Shown here piece after piece: positions 1-13,200 of a stretch of 64,000 bases of DNA. Below the pieces are notes generated by a model. The model saw only the letters and a program-made list of their open reading frames with translations. It did no database searches and had not been told where the DNA came from. Origin of the DNA: Azolla caroliniana. Lineage: Eukaryota > Plantae > Polypodiophyta. The position numbers and the translations under genes were made by a program. How positions within the stretch are numbered: the stretch's first letter is position 1; every line of letters begins with the position of its first letter. Location of the stretch: positions 5,456,001-5,520,000 of the forward strand of contig JBHGNT010000014.1 in the NCBI GenBank assembly GCA_043228905.1, read 5' to 3'.

Positions 1-3000
1 CTTCAGGTATCGGAGTATCCACTTGACCGCGTTCCAGTGCTCCTTGCCGGGATTGCTCATGTACCGGCTCACCACTCCGACTGCGTATCCTATGTCCGGT
101 CTTGTACACACCATTGCGTACATCAAGCTTTCGACGGCAGAGGCATATGGTACTTTCATCATGTCCTCCTTCTCAGCCTTTGTCTTGGGGCTTTGCTTGC
201 TGGACAACTTGCAGTTTGCCGGGAGGGTTGACCCGACCGGTCTTGCTTCCGACATGTTGAACCGTTTAAGCACCTTTGTCACGTACTTTTCCTGTGACAG
301 CCACAACTGCTTCTTGCTCCGGTCCCGGATGATGTGCATCCCTAGTATTTGTCTTGCCGGACCCAGGTCCTTCATTGAGAAGGTTCGGTGAAGAGCCTTC
401 TTCAGCATCCGTATCTTGACCTGGTCCCGTCCGACGATCAACATGTCGTCCACGTACAGGAGGAGTATTAGAAAGTCTCCTCCTTCGAACTTCTTCACAA
501 ACACGCAGTGATCGGACTGCGTTTTGTGGTACCCTTCATCTGTCATGAAGGAGTCGAACTTCCGGTACCATTGCCGGGGAGCCTGCTTCAGACCGTAAAG
601 GCTCTTCTTCAACCGGCATACCAGGTGCTCCTTCCCTTTCTTCTCGAATCCTTCCGGTTGCTGCATGTAGATCTCTTCTTCGAGGTCACCGTGAAGGAAT
701 GCCGTCTTCACGTCCATCTGTTCTACCTCGAGGTCCATGCTTGCCGCTATGCTCAGCACCGTCCGGATGGAGGTCATCTTCACTACCGGGGCAAATATCT
801 CGTCGAAGTCGACGCCCTTCTTCTGCTGGAACCCCTTCACCACGATCCTGGCTTTGTATCTCGGAGGGTTTCCGGCATCTCCCGGTTTCAGCTTGAACAC
901 CCACTTGTTTCGAAGTGCCCGTTTTCCTTTCGGCAACTCCACAAGTTCATATGTGTGGTTCTCATGCAGGGAATCCATCTCGTCCTGCATGGCACTCAAC
1001 CACCTGCGGCTCTGGGTGTCATGCTTTGCTTCTTCAAAGCTCTCCGGCTCCCCTTCGTCGGTTAGCAGCACGTGCTCTGGTTCCGGAAATCTCCGGGGGG
1101 CCCTTCTCTCTCTTAGAGGATATCTCCGTTCCGGAGCTTCGGTAGCCGGTTCTTCCGATTCTTCTTCATCCGAATCCATTTCGGGATCGGGGCCGGTTCC
1201 GGTATCATTTTCATCTTCTTCGGCCGGTTCTGTTTCTTCACCGTCTTCGGCCGGATCCTCGAGTGCTAACCGGTCCCTTGCCGGTCGGGACTGATCCTCG
1301 TAGAGTTGATCCTCACCGGTCGACTTGGAGCTCTTCATCTTCTTCTCCGACTCCCAGTCGGCGAGTGTCTTGTCCTCCATGAAGATGATGTCTCGACTCC
1401 TGAATATCTTCTTGTCGACCGGGTCCCATACTCGGTAGCCGAACTCGTCGTCGCCGTAACCGAGGAATATGCATGGCCGGGTCTTTGGATCTAGCTTTCC
1501 TCTCCGGTCCTTTGCCACATGCACGTATGCGAGACACCCGAACACCTTCAGATGCCGGTAAGATACTTCCCTACCGGTCCACACTCTCTGCGGCGTGTCT
1601 CCGTCCAAAGGTACTGAGGGTGATCTGTTTATCACGTATGTCGCCGTCGACATCGCCTCAGCCCAAAACCCCTTGGGTAATTCAGCATGCGCCAGCATAC
1701 TCCGGACCCTCTCCATTATGGTCCGGTTCATCCTCTCGGCCAGCCCGTTCAGTTCCGGCGTCTTCGGCACAGTAAACTCGAGCCGGATTCCCTTCGAGCG
1801 ACAGTACTCCGCGAACTGCCCCCGGTATTCCCCTCCGTTATCCGCTCGTATCGCTTTCAGCTTCTTGCCGGATTCTCTTTCCACTCTCCCGTGGAGTTCT
1901 TTGAAGACGGACAACACTTGGTCCTTTGTCTTCAACGGTGCCATCCACAGCTTCCGGCTGTGATCATCAATGAAAGTTACGAAGTACTGGGCTCCGCCAT
2001 GTGACTTCGTTTCTACCTGACACACATCAGTGTGTACCAACTCCAATGGTACACTACGTCTCGTCGGTGGCCTTGAGTGGAAGGAGGCTCGGTTCTGCTT
2101 ACCGGCCAGGCAATCGGTGCACTTCTCCAGGTGCACGTGCTTCACTGGAATAAGGTTGTCTTCTGCAAGCCTCTTCATCCCCTTCTCACTCATGTGGCAC
2201 AGTCTTTTGTGCCACAGCTCACCGGCAGTGTCGGCTGCCACATTCAGCTCTTCCGGACATAACCGGGCATTCATCAGGTACAATGTGTTGACTTTCCGGG
2301 CCCGAGCCACTATCAGGCTCCCCTTGCTGAACTTCATTACGCCGTTCCGGATGCTACCTGTGTAGTCTTCATCGTCTAGCCTCCCGGCCGAAATCAGGTT
2401 CAATCGAACCTCCGGAACGTGTCGGACATCCTTCAGCAGCATTTTGCATCCGGTCGAGGTTGTCAACCACACGTCTCCTATGCCGGCAATCCGGCACGTA
2501 CCTTCATTTCCCATCCGAACACAGCCATGCTCACCGGCTGTGTAGGATGAGAAGTATCTTCTCTCCGGGGTCAGGTGGAACGATGCTCCGGAATCGACCA
2601 CCCAGGTCGTCTCATCGCCGGCAACGTTTAGTTCACCTTCTTCGGTGATGAGCATGATTTCTTCCTCACTTGCCGCGAGTGCCGTCGTTCCTTTCCGGTC
2701 CTGCCCTCGCCGATCCGGACCTCTCCGGTCCGTGGCTCCCCGGTATGCACCGTTTCTCTCCGGTGACTTCTTCGAATCGGTGTCGTCGGCTCCGTTGTCC
2801 TTTCGGTAATGCCGACAATTCTTCCGGAAGTGCCCCGGCTTCCCACAGTGGAAGCATGTGGGTCTTCCTCTTGACTGCGACCGGGTCCCCAACTTCTCCC
2901 GTCTTTGCGGACTCCAGTTCCATTGTCTTCCCCGTTCCGATTCGGTAAGCAGCGCCTTCGAGTCGGAGGCCGGTTCTTTATCTCTCCGACGCGCTTCTTC

Positions 3001-3552
3001 ATTCAAAATACTTGTCTTTACCGTTTGTAGGGACAAGTTATCTTCGGTGCAGGAGGTGCTGAGAGTCACCACCAGGTTCTCCCAGCTTTCCGGCAATGTA
3101 CACATCAGGATGATGGCTTACATTGCATCCTCCAACGGGAACTTGATCGCCGCAAGCTGGTTCACGAATCCCATGAACGTGCTTACGTGTTCCACCATAC
3201 TCTCGCCGTCCCGGTACTTGAGGTTCACTATCTTCCTCATCAGGGAGGTCCGGTTCAACGCATTCTTCCTCTCGTAGAGGCCCGACAGCTTCCGCCACAT
3301 CTCATATGCGTTGGTGTCGTTCGCCACATGTTGTAGAACGCTCACGTCGACGTATTGCCGAATGGTTGCAACGGCTTTCCGGTTCAGAAGCCTCCATTCC
3401 GACTCAAGTACCCCCTTCGGTATTTCCGACCTGTCAATCAGTTCGTACAGGTCCCGAACAATCAGAAGATCCTCCATCTTGATCTTCCAGTCGGCGTAAT
3501 TCTGTGCATTCAGCACCATCATCCCCGACTGCCCGCTGCCGCCGCCTTCCAT
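1..3552 (-). pseudogene. copia A gag-pol polyprotein with an in-frame TAA at 3118-3120
   Basis: ATG at 3552 (MEGGGSGQ). ORF ends LEDAM*, and the same frame resumes AIILMCTLPESWENLVV and appears open to the window edge. Confidence 0.85.
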
Positions 3553-3567
3553 TTTCTGCAGCAGCTC

Positions 3568-3579
3568 GCTCTGATACCA
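3568..3579 (-). promoter_or_regulatory. PBS complementary to tRNA-iMet
   Basis: TGGTATCAGAGC on minus, 3 nt from the LTR end. Confidence 0.95.
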
Positions 3580-3582
3580 AAT

Positions 3583-4233
3583 TGATGGAAATAATCGTCC
3601 CTTTCCAACCTTCACCACTCGGCCACAACCAAGGAAACACACGAATCGTTGTTGCAGAAAATGGGAAATGCGAAAAATAGAGTGGACACACGATTTAACG
3701 TGGAAAACCCTGTACGGGAAAAACCACGGGAGTACAAGACTCCGAACCAAAACTATGCACAGAGAAATATACAATGGCGAGCTGCAAGGCGACGACCTTG
3801 AGCTCGCTGTCCTCGCCACAAGCGGCGGAATTACACAGAGGCGTCGACCTCTTCCTCTCTCACACTCTATCTCTCTCACGGCTGCTCTCTCTTCACTCCT
3901 CTTAAGTGGAAAAACAGAAAAATGAGTAGCAACATAAAAACTGTTTGCCCTAAGTCATATTTATACACATATGACTTTCGGGCTATTTACAAATATAGCC
4001 TCAAGGGCCCTTGGCAAACATATTCACAAATATGTCCCCGCATCCGGATCTCTCTCCGGGTACATACGTCATCCGGCTCCGTAACCGGGGTCTTCATCAT
4101 CCGGATCCGTATCCGGGTACTCTTCATCCGGCTTCATGCCGGGTACTCTTCATCATCCGGTTCCGTAACCGCAACCGGGCTTGCCGTCATTCATCTCCGG
4201 ACATCCCATCCGGAGGGACCGAAAATCCCAACA
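3583..4233 (-). repeat. 5' LTR of copia A (about 651 bp)
   Basis: TG...CA termini; homologous to 59812-60455, 24707-25516 and 18263-18827. Confidence 0.9.
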
Positions 4234-6385
4234 CACTCTAATGGAGGAAGAGGACGCGGACGAGCGAGAGGCCGATTCAGCCAAGGTCAAGGCGGACGAG
4301 GTCCGACCTACGACAAAAACTCCCAATTTCGGCCGCAAAACGAGGCCAATGAGGGACCTTCGCAAGAAGGGGCAACTTCCACTCCGGCCCAAGCCGTCAA
4401 AACGCAACCGAATGCGGATATTGCGGAAAGCTCGGCAACCACGAAGAAGAGTGCCGAAAGAATATGCGTGAATCGGCTTCCACAAGCCGACAACTCACGA
4501 ATTACGCGCACAATTCCGACTACGAAGAGTATAGCGGAATGTACGGGCACAACTCCGACTACGAGGATCGTGGCAGAACGTACGCATAAAACTCCGACCG
4601 TGGCGGAATGTTCATGATGAAACATAGAGCAAACTCTATGTTGGCCTCTACCTCAACTAGTGCCCTCAATCCGGAGGACGTATGGTTTGTTGACTCCGGA
4701 GCCTCAAACCATATGACATCCCACAAAGAATGGTTTCTCGAACTTCGAGAGCCGGAGCGACCCGGTTATGTCGAAACCGGAGATGACACTACGCACCCGA
4801 TTCGGCACATCGGCAATGTTCCGTTCGGCGAAAGAGGTAAGCAAACATACATTAGAAATGTCTTGCATGTTCCCACCATCACAAAGAATTTGGTCTCAGT
4901 CGGCCAAATGGTTGAGCAAGGGATGCAAGTACGATTTGACCAAGAAGGGTGCTTCATCGAAAAAGAAGGCCGAATCATCGCACGCGGAAGAAGAGAGGGT
5001 CGGATGTTCATTCTCGATTCGCACGAGATGAAATCTGCCATGTTCGCGAAAAGCACGAAAGCGGACTCCGACATAGAGCTATGGCATAAGCGAATCGGCC
5101 ACATCAATCTCAACAAACTCAAAGCAATGAAATCAAAAGGAGTCTTCATCGGACTCCCAAGATTCAAAGAGAAGGAGATTGAAGGTGTATGCAAAGCATG
5201 CCAACACCGACACCCATTTTCGAAGGAGCGGAATGTGAGCAAAGGCGTACTCGACGTAGTTCAGTCCGATGTATGGGGTCCGGCTCAAACGGTGACATTC
5301 GACAGATGCCAATATTACGTGCTCTTCATCGACGACTTTTCTAGGCACACTTGGATCTACCCGATGCGGCAAAAGAGCGAAGTGTTCGGACACTTCCAAA
5401 ATTTCAAGAATGAAGTCGAGAAAGCCACGGGCTGACATGTACGATGCCTTCGATCGGATGGCGGCAAGGAGTACTTCTCGGACGATTTCACGACGTATCT
5501 CCGAAAGGAAGGAATTCGGAGAGAATTCACTTGCCAACACACTCCGCAACAAAATGGAGTAGCCGAGCGCAAAAATCGGCATATCCTCGAAGTAGCGCGG
5601 GCCATGATAAACGAGAAGCATATGCCCAAGTCATATTGGGCCGAAGCGGCAAATACGACCATCTACCTAATGAACCTGTGCACAACATCCAGCGTGCACG
5701 AGGTCACTCGGCACGAAAGATTCTTTGGAAAGAAGCCGAACCTATCATATGTTCGGATATTCGGCTCCATTGCGTACGTGCACATCCCCGACGAGAAGCG
5801 TCAAAACCTCGACCCGAAGTCAGAGAAATGTATCCTCGTAGGATACTCACTAGAGCAAAAGGGGTACAATTGCTACAACCCCTCAACTCGAAAATCTCGG
5901 GTAAGTCGAGACGTCGTCTTTGACGAGTCCGCATCCTGGTACGCACCAGAGACAACTTCGACTCCGACCCCGCTCGACCCGGAATCCACCGAACAAGAGG
6001 TAGAGGATGAAGATCGCCTTACGCGTATGTTCGAAGAAAGTCCGATCACGACCCGACTGAGCGGACCACAAGAGGCTTTGAGCGATCAAAGCACATCACG
6101 GCCTAGCCCGAAGATGGACAAAGGCAAGGCGAAAATGGCGGAATATGAAGACGATCGCTTTGACGACGATGAATCGACTCACTCACTCGATAGTGAGTTC
6201 GGCGGCTTCGATGTACCAATCGGAGCTAAGAAAGTCCTCATCTCTGCAAATAAAAACCTCCGCCGATCCACTCGTGAAAAGAACCCCGTAAGCCGATTCG
6301 GCTACAACGATTATATGGCGTACCATTACGCCTTTATGATGAAGGTAGCGACAGTACGGGAGCCGGAAACCTTTTCGGAAGCTGT
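4234..6385 (+). pseudogene. copia B gag-PR-INT (stops/frameshifts)
   Basis: ORFs 3922-4617, 4608-5435 and 5604-6443 carry consecutive copia domains. Confidence 0.9.
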
Positions 6386-7192
6386 TGTCGCGTTGTTACG
6401 CGCGTGCGTGGAGAAAGACGGGACCACGGGGGTCTTGGACTAAGGAGTGACGGAGCGTAGGAAGTCGTACTTCACCATTTCCGGGGCACCCCAGAAGCAC
6501 ACCGGAAGCAACCGAAGGGAGAGAGAGAAAGAGAGGGAGCACGCGCTTGACACCGACTCACGCGCACGCACGCGCACACACACACACACACACACACAGG
6601 CCGACTTGACTCACGCCCTTATGTACAGGAAACGCAGGAAAGGGGAAGCACCCGACACCAACAGAGACGCGAATATACACAGACCGACGCAAATGTATAT
6701 ATATATATATATAAGGAAGAATACATTCCCGGCTTCGAGCCAAACCAAGGTAGGTTACAGTAGTCGTCAGCTGCCAAGCCGCCGGTCGGGGAGCTCACGG
6801 GCTTGTCGCGCCGAGCGGGGTCTTGCGCAGGAGACGAGCTGAAGCAAACCCTAAGCGAACATGAAGGGGGAGAAGAAGAAGAAGAAGAAGAAGAAGAAGA
6901 AAAGGAATATAACTAACCCTAAATCTAACGGTATACCCTCTAACACAAAATGGGCAACCCTTTTCACAAGGGGTGCTCCCTTCCTTTTATAGAATAAGGA
7001 GAGGGATGCGTTACAATGTGGGATAAATCCCGACTTACATGGGATCGTCTGTCCTGACTTGACTACTCTTCGGCGCCATATAGGCGCCCTCGTTATTCAC
7101 ACTAAATGTACAAGGGTGAGCACACACACTGCACCCCGCCGATGTAGCCAATGTTTCCCGGTTTCCGCCTCTGGCCGAAATTCTTCACGACA
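6386..7192 (-). repeat. 3' LTR (about 807 bp) with (CA)n, (TA)n and (GAA)n microsatellites
   Basis: TGTCGCG...CACGACA; direct repeat of 10878-11671. Confidence 0.95.
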
Positions 7193-9538
7193 TCCGCCCC
7201 CACCTAACCGCACGTCCATCGGTACGTGCCAAATCCGGTGAAGAGTGAGAGATTTCGGCCACGAGAAAGTGGTCTTCCGTGATCCGCATCCCGGCTCGCT
7301 ACCTATTTGGTCCGTCAGCTTCGATTCTTCCTTCGCACTTACCTCCCCGTAGGCTCATTCGACCCGTCGATAGGTCCTCTACCGCGATCTCCGTAATACG
7401 CGTACTTCCGCTGGCCCTTGTTCGGCCGTATGGACGCCCCGCTCCCCGCCGTATGCCCGATGTCCTCTATTGAGGAACGCCCGTAGTGGCCCGCTTGGCC
7501 TCCGTTGACCATTCGTGTTGTCATGATTGCCATCCCATGTTGTTTCGCGTTGCCTTCGTCCTCTCGCCGCCACCTTCCTTCTCCATGGTCTTTCATCGCC
7601 GTGTCGGCTCGAACCGCCATGGTCTCCGGAATGGTGTGGAGGACCCTTTTCTGGCCTTCTACGCGCTGCCTCCGAACCGCGCAACCCACCCGCGCTTGCC
7701 TTTCCGCTCCGGCACCTCCATGTGCCACATACCCTCGTCCGTTGTTTGGCACTGCCTGTGCCGTACTCCAGTTCATTGCACGCATTGTCGGCCCGTTTCC
7801 CGGCCAGATCGCGCATCGCCGCTCACCCGCATACTGGTGTCCTCCGCACCCGAGGAACACCCCGTAGTAGCCCGCTTGGCCCTTCCCGTCTTCGTGCTGC
7901 TGCAATAGGTCCTGAGTCTTCTGCTTGCCGTCGTCCCTCGCCCCCACGAGCTTGACACCCCGGGCTCGCCGTGTCAGTCTTCGCTACTTTGACGAAGCTT
8001 CCGAGATCTACGAAGCGAGTGTGGAGGATCCTCCTCCGGCCTCTCTTGCCATCCCCTGACTCCGACCCTGTGCAGTCCACTAGGCACCCGTCACCTCGTT
8101 CCCGGCACCTCCCTTGTGCCGTCCTCCGCTTCCTTTGTTCGGCACCGCCTGCGCCGAACACCGTCCCGTAGTCACGCTTCGATCCGGCCTGCGATGGCCA
8201 CCTATGAGACTCTTGTTCCTCCCCAGGTGTGCCTTTCCGGCCAGACACACCTCCTCGTGTTTGCCGCGTAGTCGGGTCCCGTTTCCCGCCGCCACAAACC
8301 TTCTCTCTCAGTCTTATGTTGCCACGTTGGCCGATCTGCCGGAGTCTCTGGTTAAGTGTGGAGATCCCGTAGGACCGGACTTCCTTTCACCCACTGACCT
8401 TGCCGAAAGGTCCGATTCGGTTAGTAGCCGCCCCACCGGCCTGATACCTTCTTTCTCTGCTTCCGTCATCCGGTCACGTTCACCTGCCGCCACCGTCCCT
8501 TCCTATAGGACTCACGCCGGCTCTCGGGCCGACCGCCGGATCTGTGTGAGGATCTCCGTAGACCGCCCATCCGTAGCCCTTTTCCTTCGTCACCTTGCCG
8601 CCACCGTCAGTATCTTGGTCTTACATCGGCCGCATTGCCGACTGCCAAAGTCTCTAGAATCGGTGTGAAGGATCCTCCTTGGGCTTTCGATTTGTCTTCT
8701 TGACCCTGTCCCCGGTGTCCTTTTCCGCATGCTGAGAGGCCGTTTTGTTTCGCACCCTCTCCCGTGGTACCGACGTACCGTCTCCTCGGCCTCTCCTCGG
8801 CCTGCTCTCTTCCTCCCTCCCGGAATGGTCATCCGGGAGTCCGCTCCGCCCGGTTCTCATCCGAGTCCGTTCGTCCTTCTCCGTATTGCCGGGCTCTGTT
8901 CTCCTGTCGCCACTGATCTCTCCTATAGGACTCACGCCGGCACTCGGGCCGACAGCCAGATCGGTGTAAGGATCTCTGTAGGGCCGGTCTTCGTTCTCCT
9001 CTTCATCCCTTGTACTTCCCCCGAACTCGTCGTTGCTCTCCTTGCCGCGTTCCCGCCTCCATCTTCCATCATTTTCAGTCTTACGTTGCCCCGTCGGCCG
9101 AACAACCGAAGTCTCCGGATAAGATGTGACGTAACCGATTTCACAATGTCTTTCCGCAACTCGTCCGGGCCACCGCCCCTTTTAGTGGTGTCGGTGGATA
9201 GCATCCGCTCTGTGATCAATCAAGCCCCGCATCATCTTGATTCTCCAATGCCCGGAGTTTCGGCTCCGATGCCGATCTTGCCAGACTCGTTCCGAACCTT
9301 TGATCACCTTCCTTTCCAACTCCTGACCTTCGCCTGGTCGGTCTTTCTCCCCATGTAAAAGAGGGCGGCTCGCCCCGCACCCTCTCCCGTATCAGCACCT
9401 TTATGCCGAATCCGGCCCCAATCGAACAATCCACGACCGGATTACGCTCCATCCGAATCGGAATGCCGATCTTCTCGTACCGCATCCGTCCTCGGCCTCC
9501 TCGCAAGCCGTTTTCCATCCATCTTTGCTGGCATCATG

Positions 9539-10840
9539 CTAGGACTCCTCGGTGCCGCCATCCATCTCCTCGGTCTTACATGGGCATAAGAGCCCGAATG
9601 CCGAGTTCTTCGGAATCGGGTCCGTGGGCTTTCGTCCGCTCCTTCCCCGTATCGTCTCGCTGGTGACTCTTGGTCTTTCGCCACCACCTTCCTCCGCTAG
9701 GGACTCGCGTGGGCACTCAGGCCCGACTGCCATCGTCTCGGGAGCAAGTATGGGAAGACACAAACAATCGCCCGTCCGTTTTACGCCCTTGTCCGTAGCC
9801 ACCGACTCTTCGTGGTCGGCGATCGTCTTCTTACCGATCGCGCAAGCCCCGCCTGGGCTTGCATCTCCGATATCTGGGGTTTCGGGCTGACACGCCCGAA
9901 ACCGCCGGTCCCAACTATCCAGTTCCGCGATCTGTATCTCGGCCTCGTCCTTGGCCGTTCTAACTCCGCAAGTCGAGAGGGCGTTTTGTTCCGCACCCTC
10001 TCCTGTGGTACCGCCGTACCGATCTTCCACCGTCGCGTGGGGCAAGTCCGTCTCCTCAGTCCCGGCTTGCGGCCTTGATCTTTCCTCTTCCTCAAGCATC
10101 GCCTCGAGAGCTGCGTATGCCTCCGCAATCCGGGCCTCCACGCCGACCCTTGCCAACTCCCTTTTTCGTTCGGTCTCTTCCCGCTGTGATGGCACGCCGT
10201 CGCGCGCCTTCCTCTTAGCCTTCTCGGCTCGCTCATCGTCTAGTTGTTGGCACACCCTTCCAACCTTCGACCAATCCTCCGTAAGCCCATTCGCTCTGTC
10301 ATCGTCTTCGAGCTCCATCCCGATGGACTCCCGTTCCGCTCGGTCGATCGACCTGACGAACAATAGGACCTTGTCCGTCCCCACTGAACCTTGTTCCTGC
10401 TCCGGGAGCCGAGCAAGCCGTCGCTCAAACTCTCGGAACGCCTTGGTCGCGTCCCGGTGGGACTTTGCCGATGCTACCCACTGGTCAAAGTCGTGTCGTC
10501 CCCGGCTCTTCCGCCATCCTCCGTATGCCTTCAGGAGCGCCTCTTCGAAGGCCTCCCACGAACTATGAGCCTCACGAAGCTCCTTTACTTCCGCATGCAT
10601 CCGGACAGCTACGACCCGACAGAAGAACTCCAGCCTCAATGACTCGTCTACGCAACTCTCCTCCATTTCCACATTGTAGGTTTCCAAGTAAGATGGGACT
10701 TTGTCCCCGTTGAAACGACCGACTCTTTTGACCACTCGCTCATCCACTTGTTGCGCTGCTTCTCGCCTCATCACCACTCGTGCCGACTCCAACACCACTT
10801 TGGCCACCATCACCGCGAGGTCGTCGTCTTCCGACTCCAT
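9539..10840 (-). CDS. Gag-like protein (433 aa)
   Basis: Starts just after the PBS; RFNGDKVPSYLETY...SSWEAFEEALLKAY resembles a retrotransposon capsid N-terminal region. Confidence 0.75.
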   Translation of the reverse strand: MESEDDDLAVMVAKVVLESARVVMRREAAQQVDERVVKRVGRFNGDKVPSYLETYNVEMEESCVDESLRLEFFCRVVAVRMHAEVKELREAHSSWEAFEEALLKAYGGWRKSRGRHDFDQWVASAKSHRDATKAFREFERRLARLPEQEQGSVGTDKVLLFVRSIDRAERESIGMELEDDDRANGLTEDWSKVGRVCQQLDDERAEKAKRKARDGVPSQREETERKRELARVGVEARIAEAYAALEAMLEEEERSRPQAGTEETDLPHATVEDRYGGTTGEGAEQNALSTCGVRTAKDEAEIQIAELDSWDRRFRACQPETPDIGDASPGGACAIGKKTIADHEESVATDKGVKRTGDCLCLPILAPETMAVGPECPRESLAEEGGGERPRVTSETIRGRSGRKPTDPIPKNSAFGLLCPCKTEEMDGGTEES

Positions 10841-10855
10841 CCTCCCTTGCCGCCT

Positions 10856-10873
10856 TTCACGTCGGGTTCACCA
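10856..10873 (-). promoter_or_regulatory. PBS complementary to tRNA-Trp (18 nt)
   Basis: Plus strand TTCACGTCGGGTTCACCA equals the recalled 3' end of plant tRNA-Trp(CCA) plus CCA; 4 nt from the LTR. Confidence 0.85.
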
Positions 10874-10877
10874 AATA

Positions 10878-11671
10878 TGTCGCGTTGTTACGGACGTGCG
10901 TGGAGAAAGGCGGGACCACGGGGGTCTTGGACTAGGGAGTGACGGAGCGTAGGAAGTCGTACTTCACCGTTTCCGGGGCACCCAGAAGCACACTGGAAGC
11001 AACCAAAGGGAGAGAGAGAAAGAGAGGGAGCGCGCACTTGACACCGAATCACGCGCACGCACACACACACAGACACACACAGGCCGACTCGACTCACGCC
11101 CTTATGTACAGGAAACGTAGGAAAGGGGAAGCACCCGACACCAATAGAGACGCGAATATACACAGACCAACGCAACTGTATATATATATATATATATAAG
11201 GAAGAATACATTCCCGGTTTCGAGCCAAACCAAGGTAGGTTACAGTAGTTGTCAGCTGCCAAGCCGCCGATGGGGGAGCTCACGGGCTTGTCGCGCCGAG
11301 CGGGGTCTTGCGCAGGAGACGAGCTGAAGCAAACCCTAAGCAAACACGAAGGGGGAGAAGAAGAAGAAGAAGAAGAAGAAAAGAAATGTAACTAACCCTA
11401 AATCTAACGGTATACCCTCTAACGCAAAATGGGCAACCCTTTTCGCAAGGGGCGCTCCCTTCCTTTTATAGAACAAGGAGAGGGATGCGTTACAATATGG
11501 GATAAATCCCGACTTACATGGGATCGTCTGTCCTGACTTGACTACTCTTCGGCGCCATAAAGGCGCCCTCGTTATTCACACTAAATGTACAAGGGTGAGC
11601 ACACACGCTGCACCCCGCCGATGTAGCCAATGTTTCACGATTTCCGCCTCTGGCCGAAATTCTTCATGACA
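10878..11671 (-). repeat. 5' LTR (about 794 bp)
   Basis: Direct repeat of 6386-7192 with scattered substitutions. Confidence 0.95.
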
Positions 11672-13200
11672 CCGCGAAGGACCCGCGATGGATCGAAGCA
11701 ATGGACGAGGAGATGCAGGCACTACGGAAGAACGAGACGTGGGATCTCGTTCCCACCTCACCACACAAAAAGGCGATCGGATGCAGATGGATCTACAAGG
11801 TGAAGTATAACGCTGATGGCTCCGTAAACCGCTACAAAGCTTGACTCGTAGTGAAAGGATACGTTCAGACGCATGGCGTCGACTACGAAGAGACTTTTGC
11901 CTCGGTGGCAAAGATGACGACGGTGCGGACAGTAATTGCGATTGTCGCGGCGAAAGGGTGGCACCTCCATCAAATGGACGTCAAGAACGCCTTTCTACAA
12001 GGCGAATTAGAAGAGGTGTACATGATCCAACCACCCGGCTTCAACTCGAGCACCCATCCGAAAGTTGTTTGCCGACTCAAGAAGCCACTCTACGGCCTCA
12101 AGCTAGCACCGCGTGCTTGGCATTCGAAGATAACGCAATATCTTCATCAAATCGGCTTCCGTATGTCAAAATCGAACAACTCCCTCTACATACGAAGCGA
12201 TTCCACAAGTCCAATCGTCATCATTTTATATGTGGATGACCTAGTCATTGGAGGCGAGCATCTCGTCGAAATCAATAAAGTCAAATCCTGCCTTTCCGAC
12301 AAGTTCGAGATGACAGACATGAAGGAGCTCCACTACTTCCTCGGCATCGAGGTAATTCGGACTCCAACCGGAATCATGATCTCTCAACGGCACTACATCC
12401 TCAACTTGTTATACAAGTTCGGGAGGGCTGAGTGCAAATCCGTGTCAACCCCGCTTGATCGTAATCTCAAACTAGATGTGAACTCCGGCACCAAAGCGTG
12501 TGAGCCGACTCAGTATCGGCAACTCATCGGGAGTCTCATCAACCTCATGATCACACAACCCGATCTCAGTTATCCGGTCGGTCTCCTTAGCCAATTCATG
12601 CAAACACCGCGTGATACTCACTTGGATTGCGCTAAGCGAGTTCTACGCTACGTCAGTAGCACGATGGATTGCGGCATCCTCTACAAGACCGCGATGCCAA
12701 TACGACTCGAGGGGTACACAGACGCCGATTGGGCCGGCTACAAAGCTGATAGAAGATCAACCTCTGGATTTGTTTTCTCCCTCGGCAGCGGAGCAATATC
12801 CTGAAGTAGCAAGAAGCAGCCTACCATCGCTCTTTCGAGTACGGAGGCGGAATATAGGGGCACAGCCGTAGCTGCATGTGAAGCTGTATGGCTTAAGAGG
12901 ATTTTGAAGGATTTGGGCGTTCCCATCAAGGATCCGACTCCCCTTTACTGCAACAACATGAGCAGTATTTATCTGGCTCAGAACCCGGTGTTCCACGTGC
13001 GGACAAAGCACATCGAAGTTCATTATCACTTCATCTGAGAGCGCGTTCTGGATGGCGATGTCGACCTACAACACATTAGCACCAATCTTCAAACGGCCAA
13101 CATCTTCACTAAAGCCTTAGGAGCCGACAAGCTATGGCAATTCATGACCGATCTCGGATTGACGATCCCTGACTTGCCAACCTTGAGGGGGAGTACTGAA
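11672..13200 (+). pseudogene. copia B RT-RNase H (premature stops)
   Basis: ORF 11851-12804 (HQMDVKNAFLQG, LYVDDL, DADWAG); RNase H continues past a TGA. Confidence 0.9.

Larger units (their letters stand above)
1..4233 (-). mobile_element. Ty1/copia LTR retrotransposon A (5' LTR, PBS, gag-PR-INT-RT; continues past the left edge), inserted in the gag of copia B
   Basis: Minus strand reads gag (YADWKIKMEDLL), CCHC knuckle CFHCGKPGHFRKNC, protease WVVDSGASFH, integrase and RT up to VKWILRYLK. LTR 3583-4233; PBS 3568-3579. Confidence 0.95.
6386..11671 (-). mobile_element. Complete non-autonomous (gag-only) Ty3/gypsy element with tRNA-Trp PBS and 4-bp TSD
   Basis: Direct LTRs 6386-7192 and 10878-11671; PPT-like GGTGGGGGCGGA beside 7192; flanks CTGT/CCGC restore the host frame EAAKDPRW; no RT/INT motifs seen. 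Confidence 0.9.

Noticed and set aside
23-3585. Many plus-strand ORFs
   Set aside because: Antisense shadows of the GC-rich copia pol; the same holds for most short ORFs in the track.
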